A stretch of 64,000 nt of DNA from Candidatus Sulfotelmatobacter sp. (GTDB taxonomy: Bacteria; Chloroflexota; Dormibacteria; Dormibacterales; Dormibacteraceae): NCBI GenBank assembly GCA_035602465.1, contig DATNMQ010000149.1:16534-80533 (forward strand). The letters are read 5' to 3'. The notes under the pieces were generated by a model. The model had not been told where the DNA came from, searched no databases, and saw nothing but the letters and a program-made list of their open reading frames with translations. Shown piece by piece: positions 44,542 through 54,711 of this stretch. Position 1 is the first letter of the stretch; each line of letters begins with the position of its first letter. The position numbers and the translations under genes are program-made.

Positions 44542-45441
44542 GTGAGGCGCCCGGGCGCACTCCTCGTGGGCAGCCTCGCCTATTTAGCGGTCATCTTCGG
44601 CGTGATGCTCTGGCGCGGCATCTCGATCGAGCCGGAGTGGGTGGTGCTCGCGCTGCTCGTGATCGCGATCGCGATGGGACGCGGCCTGACCTTCATCGCC
44701 GACTGGGGACCGTTCCTGCTCCTCTTCTTCGCCTATGAGGCGATGCGCGGGTTCGCGTCGAAGACCGGGTTCGCGCCACACGATCTGTCAGGCCTCGAAC
44801 AGGCGGTCTTTGCGGGAACGCTGCCGACCCTGACGCTGCAGCACGCCTTCTACCACGTCGAATCAGTGAGCCCGCAGGACGTGGTCGCGATGTTCTTCTA
44901 CTTCATGCATTTCCCGCTGCCGATACTCGTGGGCTTCGTGTTCTGGCTGCGGAGCAGAGAGCACTATCACCGCTTCATCGCGGCGCTGCTGCTGATGGCC
45001 TTCCTCGCGTTTGTGACGTATCTGTTCTGGCCTTCAGCGCCGCCGTGGTACCAGTTCCAGGAGGGCAATGTCCCCGGTCCGATGGTGGTCCACAAGATCC
45101 TCAACGAAACGGTCGAGAAATTCTGGGGACCGAACTATTTCGTATCACCCCTCTACGCGCACCTGAATCCAAACCAGTTCGCCGCGTTTCCATCTCTTCA
45201 CGCGGCGTTCCCCGCGCTGGCCGCGGTATACGCGTGGCGCCGGTATCGCGCCCTTGCCATCGGATTGATCATCTGGACGGTCGGCGTGCTGCTGTCCATC
45301 GTCTATCTCGGCGAGCACTACGTCGTGGACGCGCTCGCGGGTTTCGTTTACGTCGCGCTGGCCGCGGTCCTGGTCGAAGGATTCGTCCGCTGGCGCGCGA
45401 GGCGCCGGCCCTCCGCTACGCCTGCCACACCTTCCGCATGA
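44542..45441 (+). CDS. PAP2_C-type membrane phosphatase/phosphotransferase (Aur1/SMS-like)
   Basis: The protein is multi-TM, with motifs FPSLHAAF and YLGEHYVVDALAG. I chose the GTG at 44542. The longest ORF starts at 44497, inside the RidA gene. Confidence 0.6.
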   Translation: MRRPGALLVGSLAYLAVIFGVMLWRGISIEPEWVVLALLVIAIAMGRGLTFIADWGPFLLLFFAYEAMRGFASKTGFAPHDLSGLEQAVFAGTLPTLTLQHAFYHVESVSPQDVVAMFFYFMHFPLPILVGFVFWLRSREHYHRFIAALLLMAFLAFVTYLFWPSAPPWYQFQEGNVPGPMVVHKILNETVEKFWGPNYFVSPLYAHLNPNQFAAFPSLHAAFPALAAVYAWRRYRALAIGLIIWTVGVLLSIVYLGEHYVVDALAGFVYVALAAVLVEGFVRWRARRRPSATPATPSA

Positions 45442-46690
45442 TCGCGCGGGCGAGCTTGTCAGGGTCGTGGTGGGATGGGATTCGCACGTTGACAACATCC
45501 GAAGGGATGAATCGAACCTCCGGGTGTTGCGCCGTGTCGTTGGGCTTGAAGATGACGGTGGCCTGACCGCCGGTCGGCGCGTACGCGGTGTTTGAGTTGA
45601 CCATCACGAAGTCGAAGAGATCGACGCCCACATGCTCGCGTATGACGCGGAGGTAGTCGCTGACCCCGTAGCCGTCGGTCTCTCCCTTCTGCGCGGCAAG
45701 ATTGCAGATGTACACCTTGAGGGCGGGCGACGCCTTGATCGCTTCCACCATGCCCTCCACCAGCAGGTTGGGCAGGATCGATGTGTACAGCGAACCTGGG
45801 CCCACGATGACCAGTTCGGCGTTGAGGATGGCCTGGGCGGCTTCGGGGTTGACCTGCACACCGTCGGGCTTCAGGAACACGTGACTGATGGGTGCGTTCT
45901 GCTTCGGGATCTTCGACTCGCCCTCGACCGTGCCGCCGTTGATCGATGCCACAAGGGTCACGTCCTGCAGGGTCGAGGGCACGATGGTGCCTTTCACTGC
46001 GAGGACCTTGCCCGATTCGCGCAGCGCCTGCTCGAAGTTTCCCGTGACGTCGGCCATCGCCATGATGAAGAGGTTTCCGAAGGCGTGACCGTCGAGCGAC
46101 CCTTCCTTGAAGCGGTGGTCGAAGAGCTGCTTCATCAGTGGCTCGGCATCGGCCAGCGCGACCAGGCACTGACGGAAATCGCCTGGGGGCAGGATCCGGT
46201 ACTCATCGCGCAGGCGGCCTGAAGAGCCGCCGTCGTCGGCGACGGTCACGATCACGGAGAGGTTAGAGGTGTAGGTCTTTAGGCCGCGAAGCAGCGAGCT
46301 CAGACCCGTGCCGCCGCCAATGGCGACGATGCGAGGGCCGCGGCCGCGGAGGCGGAACGCGTGGATTATCTCGACCACGCTTGCGGTGCTGTTTCCGGGT
46401 AGGAACGGTCCGAGGACCGACTGCGTGAGCTTCAGGTAGCTGATGACGAGGAGGCCGACCCCGAAGATCCCGAAGATGATGGCCCTGGCCCAGTAGGGGA
46501 GGAACTGCAGGGTGATGTAGTAGAAGCTTGCCGGCAGGTGGGCCGCCTGGTAGAGCTCCTTCAGGGCATAGGCGACACCGAGGACCAGGACCAGCTCTGA
46601 AACCATGAGCAGCAGCAGCCAGCGCTTGATCTGGAGACCAGGTGTCAACCACCGCAGCCAAGTTGCCCTCGAAGGAAGCCTTGTGGCCAT
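45416..46690 (-). CDS. YvcK/CofD-family (gluconeogenesis factor-like) protein with N-terminal TM helices
   Basis: IVAIGGGTGLSSLLRGLK..., VTVADDGGSSGRLR and GPGSLYTSILPNLLV are YvcK hallmarks. Confidence 0.8.
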   Translation of the reverse strand: MATRLPSRATWLRWLTPGLQIKRWLLLLMVSELVLVLGVAYALKELYQAAHLPASFYYITLQFLPYWARAIIFGIFGVGLLVISYLKLTQSVLGPFLPGNSTASVVEIIHAFRLRGRGPRIVAIGGGTGLSSLLRGLKTYTSNLSVIVTVADDGGSSGRLRDEYRILPPGDFRQCLVALADAEPLMKQLFDHRFKEGSLDGHAFGNLFIMAMADVTGNFEQALRESGKVLAVKGTIVPSTLQDVTLVASINGGTVEGESKIPKQNAPISHVFLKPDGVQVNPEAAQAILNAELVIVGPGSLYTSILPNLLVEGMVEAIKASPALKVYICNLAAQKGETDGYGVSDYLRVIREHVGVDLFDFVMVNSNTAYAPTGGQATVIFKPNDTAQHPEVRFIPSDVVNVRIPSHHDPDKLARAIMRKVWQA

Positions 46691-46757
46691 CTACCCCGCC
46701 TGGATGAACGTGTGGAAAACGTGCAAAGTTACTCTGGTACTACGCTTCACTTGAAGT

Positions 46758-47135
46758 ATGCGTAGTTTGCGTCGCATCCGTCGTTTGGCGCGGTTGGCCG
46801 TTTTCGCGCTCGTGGTAGGGGCCGTGGCCACCGAGCTGTCCAAGCCGGCGCCCGAGCGGACGTGGCAGGGAAAGGTTCTGGGGGTCGTCCCGTATGACTT
46901 CCGACCGCCGACGTTGCAGCGAATACGCGATGCGTACTGGAACCCCGAGTCCGACCACCTGTTCAGTGACCGCGTCTTCGGAGTGGGCTGGGCGGTGAAT
47001 CTCCACAGAGCAAGAACGCTCATGGAGGAGGGATACGCGAGATTGATGGGGAAAGGGGAGTCGCTCTCGATCCGGATGACCGTGCGCTCGGAGGGCGCGG
47101 GCAAGAAGCCGGACGTCGAGATCACGCGCGAGTAG
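46758..47135 (+). CDS. small membrane-associated protein (DUF5808-like)
   Basis: N-terminal TM helix followed by VVPYDFRPPT...RVFGVGWAVNL. The family assignment is from memory only. Confidence 0.45.
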   Translation: MRSLRRIRRLARLAVFALVVGAVATELSKPAPERTWQGKVLGVVPYDFRPPTLQRIRDAYWNPESDHLFSDRVFGVGWAVNLHRARTLMEEGYARLMGKGESLSIRMTVRSEGAGKKPDVEITRE

Positions 47136-47186
47136 CGCCGAATCGGGACCTCCTTAGAATTGAGCGCCCGGCTCCGGTCGAGGGAT

Positions 47187-47261
47187 TGGGGAGTGGCGCA
47201 ACGGTAGCGCAGCTGACTCTGGATCAGAAGGTTGAAGGTTCGAATCCTTCCTCCCCAGCCA
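47187..47261 (+). tRNA. tRNA-Gln (anticodon CTG), U1-A72, CCA encoded
   Basis: TGGGGAG-TG-GCGCAACGGTAGCGC-A-GCTGA-CTCTGGA-TCAGA-AGGTT-GAAGGTTCGAATCCTTC-CTCCCCA-G-CCA. Confidence 0.9.
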
Positions 47262-47309
47262 ACTGCCGCTTCGCGGTAACCCGCCCGGGGCTGGTGAGAT
47301 CATGGGCGC

Positions 47310-48254
47310 GTGCCGCCCGCGATCTTCATCACAGGTCTTGTGAAGACCTTCGGATCGACGCGCGCTCTCGACGGTCTCGACCTGTCGGTCGAAACCGGCG
47401 AGGTCCACGGGTTTCTCGGGCCGAACGGTTCGGGCAAGACGACGACCATTCGTGTCTTGCTCGGCTTGCTCCGAGCCGACGCCGGGAAGATCGCGTTGCT
47501 GGGGGGCGACCCGTGGCACGACGCCGTCGAGCTGCATCGCCGGTTGGCCTACGTGCCCGGCGAGGTCAGTTTGTGGCCGAACCTGACCGGTGGGGAGGTG
47601 ATCGATCTGTTCGGCCGTCTGCGAGGCGACCTCAATCCGCGACGCCGCGACGAGCTTCTCGAACGTTTTCAGCTCGACCCGACCAAGAAGACCCGCTCCT
47701 ACTCGAAAGGGAATCGACAGAAGGTGGGATTGGTGGCGGCCCTGGCGTCTGACGCCGAGCTGCTCCTCCTCGACGAACCCACGTCGGGACTCGACCCGCT
47801 GATGGAGGCGGTATTCCAGGACTGCATCCGCGAGGTGAAGACCGAGGGGCGAACGGTGTTGCTTTCCAGCCACATCCTGGCCGAGGTCGAGGCGCTGTGC
47901 GACCGGCTGAGCATCATCAGGCTGGGCCGGGTGGTGGAGAGAGGCACGCTTGACGAGCTGAGGCACCTCACACGCACGTCGATCACCGCTGAGACAGAGG
48001 CTCCCGCGGAAGGCCTGGCCGACCTCGCTGGTGTTCACGACCTCGAGATCCACGGCACGCATGTGCGCTTCGACGTAGATACCGATCACCTCGACGCTGC
48101 GGTGCGGCGGCTCGGCGAGCTCGGAGTCCGCAGCCTGGTCAGCCATCCACCCACGCTGGAGGAGCTGTTCTTGCGGCACTACGGGGACGAGCTGGCCAGG
48201 GAGCCCGAACGCGTCGATGCCGCGCGGGGCGCGACACCGCTTCCGCGCGGATGA
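47310..48254 (+). CDS. ABC transporter ATP-binding protein
   Basis: Walker A is GPNGSGKTT, the signature motif is YSKGNRQKV, and Walker B is [12 protein letters not shown]. Confidence 0.9.
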   Translation: MPPAIFITGLVKTFGSTRALDGLDLSVETGEVHGFLGPNGSGKTTTIRVLLGLLRADAGKIALLGGDPWHDAVELHRRLAYVPGEVSLWPNLTGGEVIDLFGRLRGDLNPRRRDELLERFQLDPTKKTRSYSKGNRQKVGLVAALASDAELLLLDEPTSGLDPLMEAVFQDCIREVKTEGRTVLLSSHILAEVEALCDRLSIIRLGRVVERGTLDELRHLTRTSITAETEAPAEGLADLAGVHDLEIHGTHVRFDVDTDHLDAAVRRLGELGVRSLVSHPPTLEELFLRHYGDELAREPERVDAARGATPLPRG

Positions 48255-49840
48255 CGTCGCTCACCGGCACTCTTGCGCTGATCCGCTTCATCCTGCGCCG
48301 CGACCGCATCCGGATCGTGGTCTGGATCGGATCCATAGTCGTTCTGGCGGCGCTGACCGTGGCGGGCATCAAGGGTCTGTTTCCAACCCAGGCCGCTCTT
48401 GATCAAACGGCCTCCGCCACTCAGCACAACGCCGCGGCGATCGCCTTTAACGGACCCGCGCAGGGACTGAACACAGTCGGTGGGCAGGTAGCGTTCCAGT
48501 TCGGCGCCGCGGGCATGGTGCTGGTGGCCCTCATGAGCATCTTCATGGTCGGCCGGCTCACGCGAGGCGAGGAGGAAGCCGGCCGCCTCGAGCTCGTTCG
48601 CTCCCTTCCGGTCGGGATCCATGCGAACACCATCGGCGCGGCACTCACGGTGGCCGCCATGAACGTGGCAGTTGGCGTAATCGCCACGGCCTTCCTGATC
48701 GCGCAGGGCCTCCCCTTGGCTGGATCGGTCGCGTTCGCGTTGTCGTTCATCCTGCTCGGGCTCTTCTTCGCCGGCGTCGCCCTCGTCGTGGCCCAGGTCA
48801 CCGAGAACACCCGCGTCGTTTATGGCATCGCCGGGGCGGTGCTCGGGGCGGCCTTCGTGCAGCGCGCAGTGGGCGACATCGGCGACGGAACCGCCTCATG
48901 GTTCTCGCCGATTGGCGTGGCCCAAAAGACGCGGCCGTTCGCAGGCGAGCGATGGTGGCCTTTCTTGCTGCTGGTCGCGGTGACCTTGATCCTGATCGCC
49001 GCGACCGCCGCCCTGGCCGCCCGGCGTGACCTGGGCGGTGGGCTCGTGGCGCCCAGGCCTGGCAGGCCCTCGGCCGCACCGAGTCTCGGGCACCCGCTCG
49101 GGCTGGCCGTTCGCCTGCAGCGGGCGTCGCTGTTCGGGTGGGGCGCTGGCATCCTGGTCACCGGCATCGCCTACGGCTGGATCGCCCCCACCGTAGATGC
49201 CTTCATCGGCCAGAACAAAGCGCTCGCCGAAGTGCTGGCCGGCGCCGGAGGCGGGAGCTTGACGGATTCCTATTTCGCCGCGTCCTTCCGCATCATGGCG
49301 CTCCTCGCCTCGGGCTTCGCCATCCAATCTGCGCTTCGCGTGCGGAGCGAGGAGACCTCCATGCGCGCCGAGTCGGTGCTGGCCACGCCCGTCTCGCGCT
49401 CGGGGTTCGCGGCGAGTCACCTCACGGTTGCGTTCGCGGGCAGCGCCATGCTGCTCGCCGTCGCCGGTCTCGCCACCGGACTTACCTATGGCGTCGCCGG
49501 CGGCGGCATGCAGAGCGTTCCCCGCCTCCTCGGGGCCTCGCTCGTCTACGCGCCGCCTATGTGGCTGATGGTCGGACTCACCATCGCGCTCGTCGGGGTC
49601 GTGCCGCGTTGGGTGGGCGCGTCGTGGGCGGTCCTCGCTGCCTATGTCGTCGTCGGATTCCTCGGCGCGGTCCTCCATCTCCCCGATTGGCTTCAGAACC
49701 TCTCGCCGTTCGAGCGCGTGCCTCAGCTGCCCGGCGCGACCCTGACTCTCGCGCCGCTCGTCGTGATCTCCGTCTTTGCCGCTGTGTTCACCTTGGCCGG
49801 GCTGGGCGGACTCCGATGGCGCGATATTGGCACGGTCTGA
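48251..49840 (+). CDS. ABC exporter permease, 12-TM (polyketide/antibiotic-exporter-like)
   Basis: The start forms an ATGA overlap with the ATPase gene. The 529-aa protein is highly hydrophobic, with a duplicated 6-TM layout. Confidence 0.75.
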   Translation: MTSLTGTLALIRFILRRDRIRIVVWIGSIVVLAALTVAGIKGLFPTQAALDQTASATQHNAAAIAFNGPAQGLNTVGGQVAFQFGAAGMVLVALMSIFMVGRLTRGEEEAGRLELVRSLPVGIHANTIGAALTVAAMNVAVGVIATAFLIAQGLPLAGSVAFALSFILLGLFFAGVALVVAQVTENTRVVYGIAGAVLGAAFVQRAVGDIGDGTASWFSPIGVAQKTRPFAGERWWPFLLLVAVTLILIAATAALAARRDLGGGLVAPRPGRPSAAPSLGHPLGLAVRLQRASLFGWGAGILVTGIAYGWIAPTVDAFIGQNKALAEVLAGAGGGSLTDSYFAASFRIMALLASGFAIQSALRVRSEETSMRAESVLATPVSRSGFAASHLTVAFAGSAMLLAVAGLATGLTYGVAGGGMQSVPRLLGASLVYAPPMWLMVGLTIALVGVVPRWVGASWAVLAAYVVVGFLGAVLHLPDWLQNLSPFERVPQLPGATLTLAPLVVISVFAAVFTLAGLGGLRWRDIGTV

Positions 49841-49999
49841 CCGGTCTCACGCCATCAGTCGAATAGATGCTGTGACGCGCCCTTCGCGCCGTCTTCACGC
49901 CGTTTTGGCGCCCGATCATCAGACGCGACGCTGACGCGCAATTCACTAATCAGCCGCGGTTGTCAAGTTCAATTCGTGCGCCGCCGATAACGCAGATCG

Positions 50000-50045
50000 C
50001 TCTGGATCAGAAGGTTGAAGGTTCGAATCCTTCCTCCCCAGCCAA
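50000..50045 (+). repeat. 46-nt perfect direct repeat of the tRNA-Gln 3' half (att-like remnant)
   Basis: CTCTGGATCAGAAGGTTGAAGGTTCGAATCCTTCCTCCCCAGCCAA is identical to 47217-47262. Similarity decays upstream of it, with about 10 of 17 positions matching. Confidence 0.9.
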
Positions 50046-50081
50046 ACACCCGCCGCTGAGCTCGAACACGCGCCTACCGGG

Positions 50082-51482
50082 TTAGGCGCGGGGCGCCTTT
50101 GGCGCATGCCAACTATCGCCGGCCGCAAGCAGGCGGTCCGCTTGCTTCGGTCCCCAACTGCCCGGCGCGTATGGCCAGGCTCGGTGATGGTTCTTGAGCA
50201 CCGGGTCAACCACCGCCCACGCGGCTTCGACACCGGCTTCGCCGTTGAAGAGCGTTCCATCACCAGCCATCGCATCACCGACCAACCTCTCGTAAGCCGA
50301 CTGCTCCATTGGCTGCTCATCCAGCAGAAACAGCTCGCGTTGCTCACCGGCAAACTTCTTGCCGCTGCGTTTGATGCGAACCGCGAAAGCTATGGCGGGT
50401 CCAGGCGACAACCGGAAGCGGATGTAGTCGGCCGGGACCTCGGGCGCGCCGGCGAACATATGAAGCAGCGGCTGCTTCAGCTCCACGCGCACTTCCGCGG
50501 CGGTCGTCGCGAGTCGCTTTCCGGACCGGAGGTACCAGGGCACTCCTTTCCACCGCGCGGAGTCGATCCGGAGGCGAGCTGCGCAAAACGTCTCGACATC
50601 GCTGCGTTTCGCCACACCGGGCACTCCACGGTATCCGTTGAACTGGCCACGCACGACGTCCCCGCGGCTCAGCGGCCGAATGGCTCGGAAGACCTTGAGC
50701 TTTGCGCTCCGTAGGGCATTCTTCTCGAAGGCGGCTGGCGCTTCCATCGCCAGCAACGCGACGATCTGGAACATGTGGTTCTGGACAACGTCTCTCAAGC
50801 AGCCAAGGCCCTCATACAGCGCGCCCCGGTCGCCAACGCCAAATGCCTCTGCGAGCGTGATCTGGACGCTCGATATGTGGTTGCGATTCCAGATCGGCTC
50901 GAGGAACGAATTGGCGAACCTGAAGTAGAGGAGGTTCTCGACCGCCTCATTGCCCAGGAAGTGATCGATCCGGAATATCGCGTCCTCGGCAAAAACCGAC
51001 CTGGCGATTGCGTTCAGTCGCTTGGCCGACGAGAGGTCGAGTCCAAACGGTTTCTCGACTATGACCCGACCACCACGCCCAAGACCCGCAGTGCCGAGGC
51101 TAGTGATCACGGACCCGAACAGCGCCGGGGGGATCGCCAGGTAATGTGCCGCCCTCCGAGCTCCTCTCAAGGTCTCTTTCAGGGTGGTAAAAGTCGACTC
51201 GGACCCATAGTCCCCAGCGACATATGACAGCGATGACAGCAAAACGTTCAGGGCCCGACGGTCGTCCATGCCGGAGCCACTCCTCTCGATGCTGTCTGTC
51301 ACGCGGTTGCGAAACTGAGTCTGGCTCCACTTGGACCGCGCAACGCCGATCACCGGGAACGTGAGTGCACCGCGTTTCGCCATCGCGAACAGCGCCGGAA
51401 AGATCTTCTTGTGGGCGAGATCGCCGCTGGCGCCGAAACAAACAAGTGCGTCCGACAATCCACGCGCCGATCCTGGTCTCAC
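50082..51482 (-). CDS. zwf: glucose-6-phosphate dehydrogenase
   Basis: The N-terminus has FGASGDLAHKKIFPAL, and RIDHFLGNEAVENL (the active-site RIDHYLGKE-like motif) is present. Confidence 0.9.
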   Translation of the reverse strand: MRPGSARGLSDALVCFGASGDLAHKKIFPALFAMAKRGALTFPVIGVARSKWSQTQFRNRVTDSIERSGSGMDDRRALNVLLSSLSYVAGDYGSESTFTTLKETLRGARRAAHYLAIPPALFGSVITSLGTAGLGRGGRVIVEKPFGLDLSSAKRLNAIARSVFAEDAIFRIDHFLGNEAVENLLYFRFANSFLEPIWNRNHISSVQITLAEAFGVGDRGALYEGLGCLRDVVQNHMFQIVALLAMEAPAAFEKNALRSAKLKVFRAIRPLSRGDVVRGQFNGYRGVPGVAKRSDVETFCAARLRIDSARWKGVPWYLRSGKRLATTAAEVRVELKQPLLHMFAGAPEVPADYIRFRLSPGPAIAFAVRIKRSGKKFAGEQRELFLLDEQPMEQSAYERLVGDAMAGDGTLFNGEAGVEAAWAVVDPVLKNHHRAWPYAPGSWGPKQADRLLAAGDSWHAPKAPRA

Positions 51483-51519
51483 GGTGACTTCTCGCTCACC
51501 AGCCTTACTCTAGGTTGCG

Positions 51520-52761
51520 ATGCCCAGGGCGGAACGCGGTCCGATTGTGATCGTAGGCGCGGGTTTGACTGCAGGCACCGCGGCCAAGACCTTGCGGAAG
51601 GAGGGCTACGGCGGCGAGCTGTTGATCCTCGGAGACGAGCCCAGCTTCCCTTTCGGACGGCCCCCGCTGACCAAGGGTTACCTGCGGGGAGAGGAAGACC
51701 TCTCCGGCTGGATGGCCGCACCGCTCGACTGGTACAGGAAGAATCAGGTCGAGCTGTTGCCGGCGAGGGTTACAGGCGTGGATCCTGGGGCCAAGAAGGT
51801 GAGATTGGAGTCGGGGGACAGCATCGGTTATGCACGGCTCCTGCTCGCCACCGGTGGCAGGAACCGACGTTTCGACGTACCAGGGTCGAGCTTGGCGGGC
51901 GTTCACCAGCTCCGGACGATCGCGGAATGCGACGAGATCAAAAGGGCAGCCAGACCTGGCGCTCGGGCGGTCGTGGTGGGGTCGGGTTTCATCGGCTCAG
52001 AGGTGGCGGCGTCTCTGCGCCAGCTCGGGTTGAAGGTGACGTCGGTGATGCGCGGGAAGGCGCCGCTCGATGCCGTTCTGGGCCCCGAGGTGGGTGCGGT
52101 GTTTGGCGCGATTCACCGCGGCGCCGGGATCGAGCTGGTGGCTGAGGATGAGGTGGTCCGATTCCAGGGGACGTCGAGAGTCGAGCGAGTCGTGACCAAA
52201 AAGGGTCGGCGGATTGCGTGCGACCTCGTGGTCGTGGCAATCGGGATCGAACCGAACGTCGAGCTCGTCAAAGGCTCCGGGGTTGTGACCGGGGACGGAA
52301 TCCTGGTCGATGAATCGTGTCGCACCAACCTGGCCGGCATATTTGCCGCCGGTGATGTGGCCAATCACCTACATCCCATCTTCGGGCGCGTGAGGGTCGA
52401 GCATTACAACAACGCCGAAAAGCAGGGGGCAGCCGCCGCAAGATCCATCCTTGGCTCCCGCGCCGCGTACCGCTACATGCACAGTTTCTGGAGCGATCAG
52501 TTCGAGCACAAGCTCGAATACATCGGTCATGCCCGCAAGTGGGATCGCTTCGTGGTCAGGGGATCTCTCGCCGAGCGCAACTTCGTGGGCTTTTACCTCT
52601 TGGCCGGAAAGCTGCGGGCAGCCGTCGGACTCAACCGCGGAGGCGATCCCGAGATCGATACGGATGGCGAGCTCGCGAAGGCTGGTCGGTTAATCGCGAA
52701 GGGCGCGCGTCCCTCGCCAACGCTGCTGGCGAACGCAGAGGCAAACCTGGAGTCGGGTTAG
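51520..52761 (+). CDS. FAD/NAD(P)-dependent oxidoreductase (ferredoxin-reductase type)
   Basis: IVIVGAGLTAGTAA (FAD), VVVGSGFIGSEVAASL (NAD) and AAGDVA motifs are present. Confidence 0.8.
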   Translation: MPRAERGPIVIVGAGLTAGTAAKTLRKEGYGGELLILGDEPSFPFGRPPLTKGYLRGEEDLSGWMAAPLDWYRKNQVELLPARVTGVDPGAKKVRLESGDSIGYARLLLATGGRNRRFDVPGSSLAGVHQLRTIAECDEIKRAARPGARAVVVGSGFIGSEVAASLRQLGLKVTSVMRGKAPLDAVLGPEVGAVFGAIHRGAGIELVAEDEVVRFQGTSRVERVVTKKGRRIACDLVVVAIGIEPNVELVKGSGVVTGDGILVDESCRTNLAGIFAAGDVANHLHPIFGRVRVEHYNNAEKQGAAAARSILGSRAAYRYMHSFWSDQFEHKLEYIGHARKWDRFVVRGSLAERNFVGFYLLAGKLRAAVGLNRGGDPEIDTDGELAKAGRLIAKGARPSPTLLANAEANLESG

Positions 52762-52762
52762 C

Positions 52763-54547
52763 ATGCGACCCCCTCTGCGCCTGGGATCTTGGCGCACTGA
52801 CGGCGGCACGACCTTCAATGTCTGGGCTCCGAACGCCACTGCCGTAAGCATTCAACTGCGCTCCTCCTCGAGGACTGTGCCCATGACGAGCCTGCCAGGA
52901 GGCAACTGGCACGCCGAAGTTCAGGGAATCGGTTCCGGTGAGCGCTATCAGTACGCGATACAGAGCGCCGGCACCTTATTGAGTCTGCGGGTCGACCCAT
53001 ACGCGCGTGAGATCGATGACGTGAACGGCGACCGGCGATCTGTCGTCTACGACGAGGCGGCGTTTGAATGGGGAACGATCGATCATCGACCCTCGAGCCC
53101 CGGCGACCTGGTCATCTACGAAATGCACGTCGGCACATTCAACGAATTGCCTGGTCAGCAGGTCGGCACCCTGGCCGACGCAGTCGCCAAGCTCCCGTAC
53201 CTTGCCAACCTGGGCATCAACACGGTGGAGCTGCTGCCGCCGGCTGAATTCGGCGGCACCTTGTCTTGGGGCTACAACCCGACCAACCCGTTCGCGGTCG
53301 AGACCGGATATGGCGGCCCCAACGCCCTGAAACGCTTCATCCGATCCGCTCACCGGCTGGGGATCGGCGTGATCGTCGACGTCGTGTACAACCACATGGG
53401 CACGGTCGATAACGACCTCTGGGACTTCGATGGCAATATCCCGCCGCCGGGTGGAATCTGGTTCTATCCGGACCGTCGTGGCGTTACTCCCTGGGGTTCG
53501 CGGCCCGACTACGGACGCCCTGAGGTGCATCAGTACCTGGTCGACAACGCGCTGAGCTGGCTCGACGACTACCAAGCCGACGGCCTGCGCCTCGATGCGA
53601 CTGCGTGGATCAGAAGTGTCGACGGCTCCGCTGACCCCGACCAGGCCTTGCCGGATGGGTGGCTTCTGCTGCGGACGATCAACGATGAGATCGATCGCCG
53701 ACACCCGGGCAAGATCCGGATCGCTGAGGACATGCGAAACGATGACCGGCTCACCGCACCCACGGCCTCGGGCGGAGCCGGCTTCAACTGCCAGTGGGAT
53801 CCGGACTTCGTTCGTGTCGTCCGGGGCGTGCTGAGTCAGACGCTTGACGAATACCGAGACGTTGGTGCCATCAGCAAGGTCCTCGAGCGGCGGTACGGCG
53901 GCGATGCCTTCGGCAGAGTCGTATTCACCGAGTCACACGATGCCGATGCCAACGGTGGCACGCGGGTTCCGGCTGAGATCGACCCCGCCGAGCCTGACAG
54001 CGTCTTCGCGAAGAAGCGTTCGGTTCTCGGTGCAGCGCTGGTTTTCACCTCGCCGGGCATCCCGATGATCTTCCAGGGCCAGGAGTTCCTCGAGGCCCAC
54101 TGGTTTGATTCCGGCTTCCCTGTCGACTGGTCCAACGCGACGCGATACTCCGGCATCCTCAACCTGTACGGAGATCTCGTCCGCCTGCGCCGAAACTTGC
54201 TCAACACCACGAAGGGTCTTCAAGGGCAGCGCCTCGAGATTCATCATGTCAACAGCGCCGACAAGCTGATCGGCTATCGCAGGTGGGCCGATGGTGGACC
54301 GCTCGATGAAACTCTGGTCCTGCTCAACTTCGCAAATCGCGCCTTCGACAGCTACACGATCGGGGTTCCGCGCTCCGGACTGTGGCGCGTACGGCTGAAC
54401 TCTGACTGGTCGGGGTACGACTCGGCGTTCGGCAACCAGCTCAGCCTGGACAGCGAGGCCGGCGAGATGCCCTACGACGGATTGCCGTTCTCAATCCAGA
54501 TCGGCATCGGCGCCTACAGCGCGCTGATCCTGTCGCAAGACGGATAA
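52763..54547 (+). CDS. GH13 alpha-amylase-family enzyme with an N-terminal CBM48/E-set domain (branching/debranching/TreZ-like)
   Basis: FNVWAPNATAVSI (CBM48), YEMHVGTF, VDVVYNHMG, DGLRLDA, and IAEDM in place of the usual EGW consensus. The precise specificity cannot be determined by eye. Confidence 0.75.
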   Translation: MRPPLRLGSWRTDGGTTFNVWAPNATAVSIQLRSSSRTVPMTSLPGGNWHAEVQGIGSGERYQYAIQSAGTLLSLRVDPYAREIDDVNGDRRSVVYDEAAFEWGTIDHRPSSPGDLVIYEMHVGTFNELPGQQVGTLADAVAKLPYLANLGINTVELLPPAEFGGTLSWGYNPTNPFAVETGYGGPNALKRFIRSAHRLGIGVIVDVVYNHMGTVDNDLWDFDGNIPPPGGIWFYPDRRGVTPWGSRPDYGRPEVHQYLVDNALSWLDDYQADGLRLDATAWIRSVDGSADPDQALPDGWLLLRTINDEIDRRHPGKIRIAEDMRNDDRLTAPTASGGAGFNCQWDPDFVRVVRGVLSQTLDEYRDVGAISKVLERRYGGDAFGRVVFTESHDADANGGTRVPAEIDPAEPDSVFAKKRSVLGAALVFTSPGIPMIFQGQEFLEAHWFDSGFPVDWSNATRYSGILNLYGDLVRLRRNLLNTTKGLQGQRLEIHHVNSADKLIGYRRWADGGPLDETLVLLNFANRAFDSYTIGVPRSGLWRVRLNSDWSGYDSAFGNQLSLDSEAGEMPYDGLPFSIQIGIGAYSALILSQDG

Positions 54548-54711
54548 CTGTAAAACGCAAGCGCGATCTCTTCCGGGTAGCCAGGCTACTGCGAAAAGAC
54601 GGATAGGCACGATGCTCAAGTGGGCGTACTGTTTGAAATGGCCCCGAGGGACACGTTCGAGGGAGTCGGAGTTGGTCGCAAGGCCGGTTCCGAATCCCAA
54701 GAGGCGATCCG

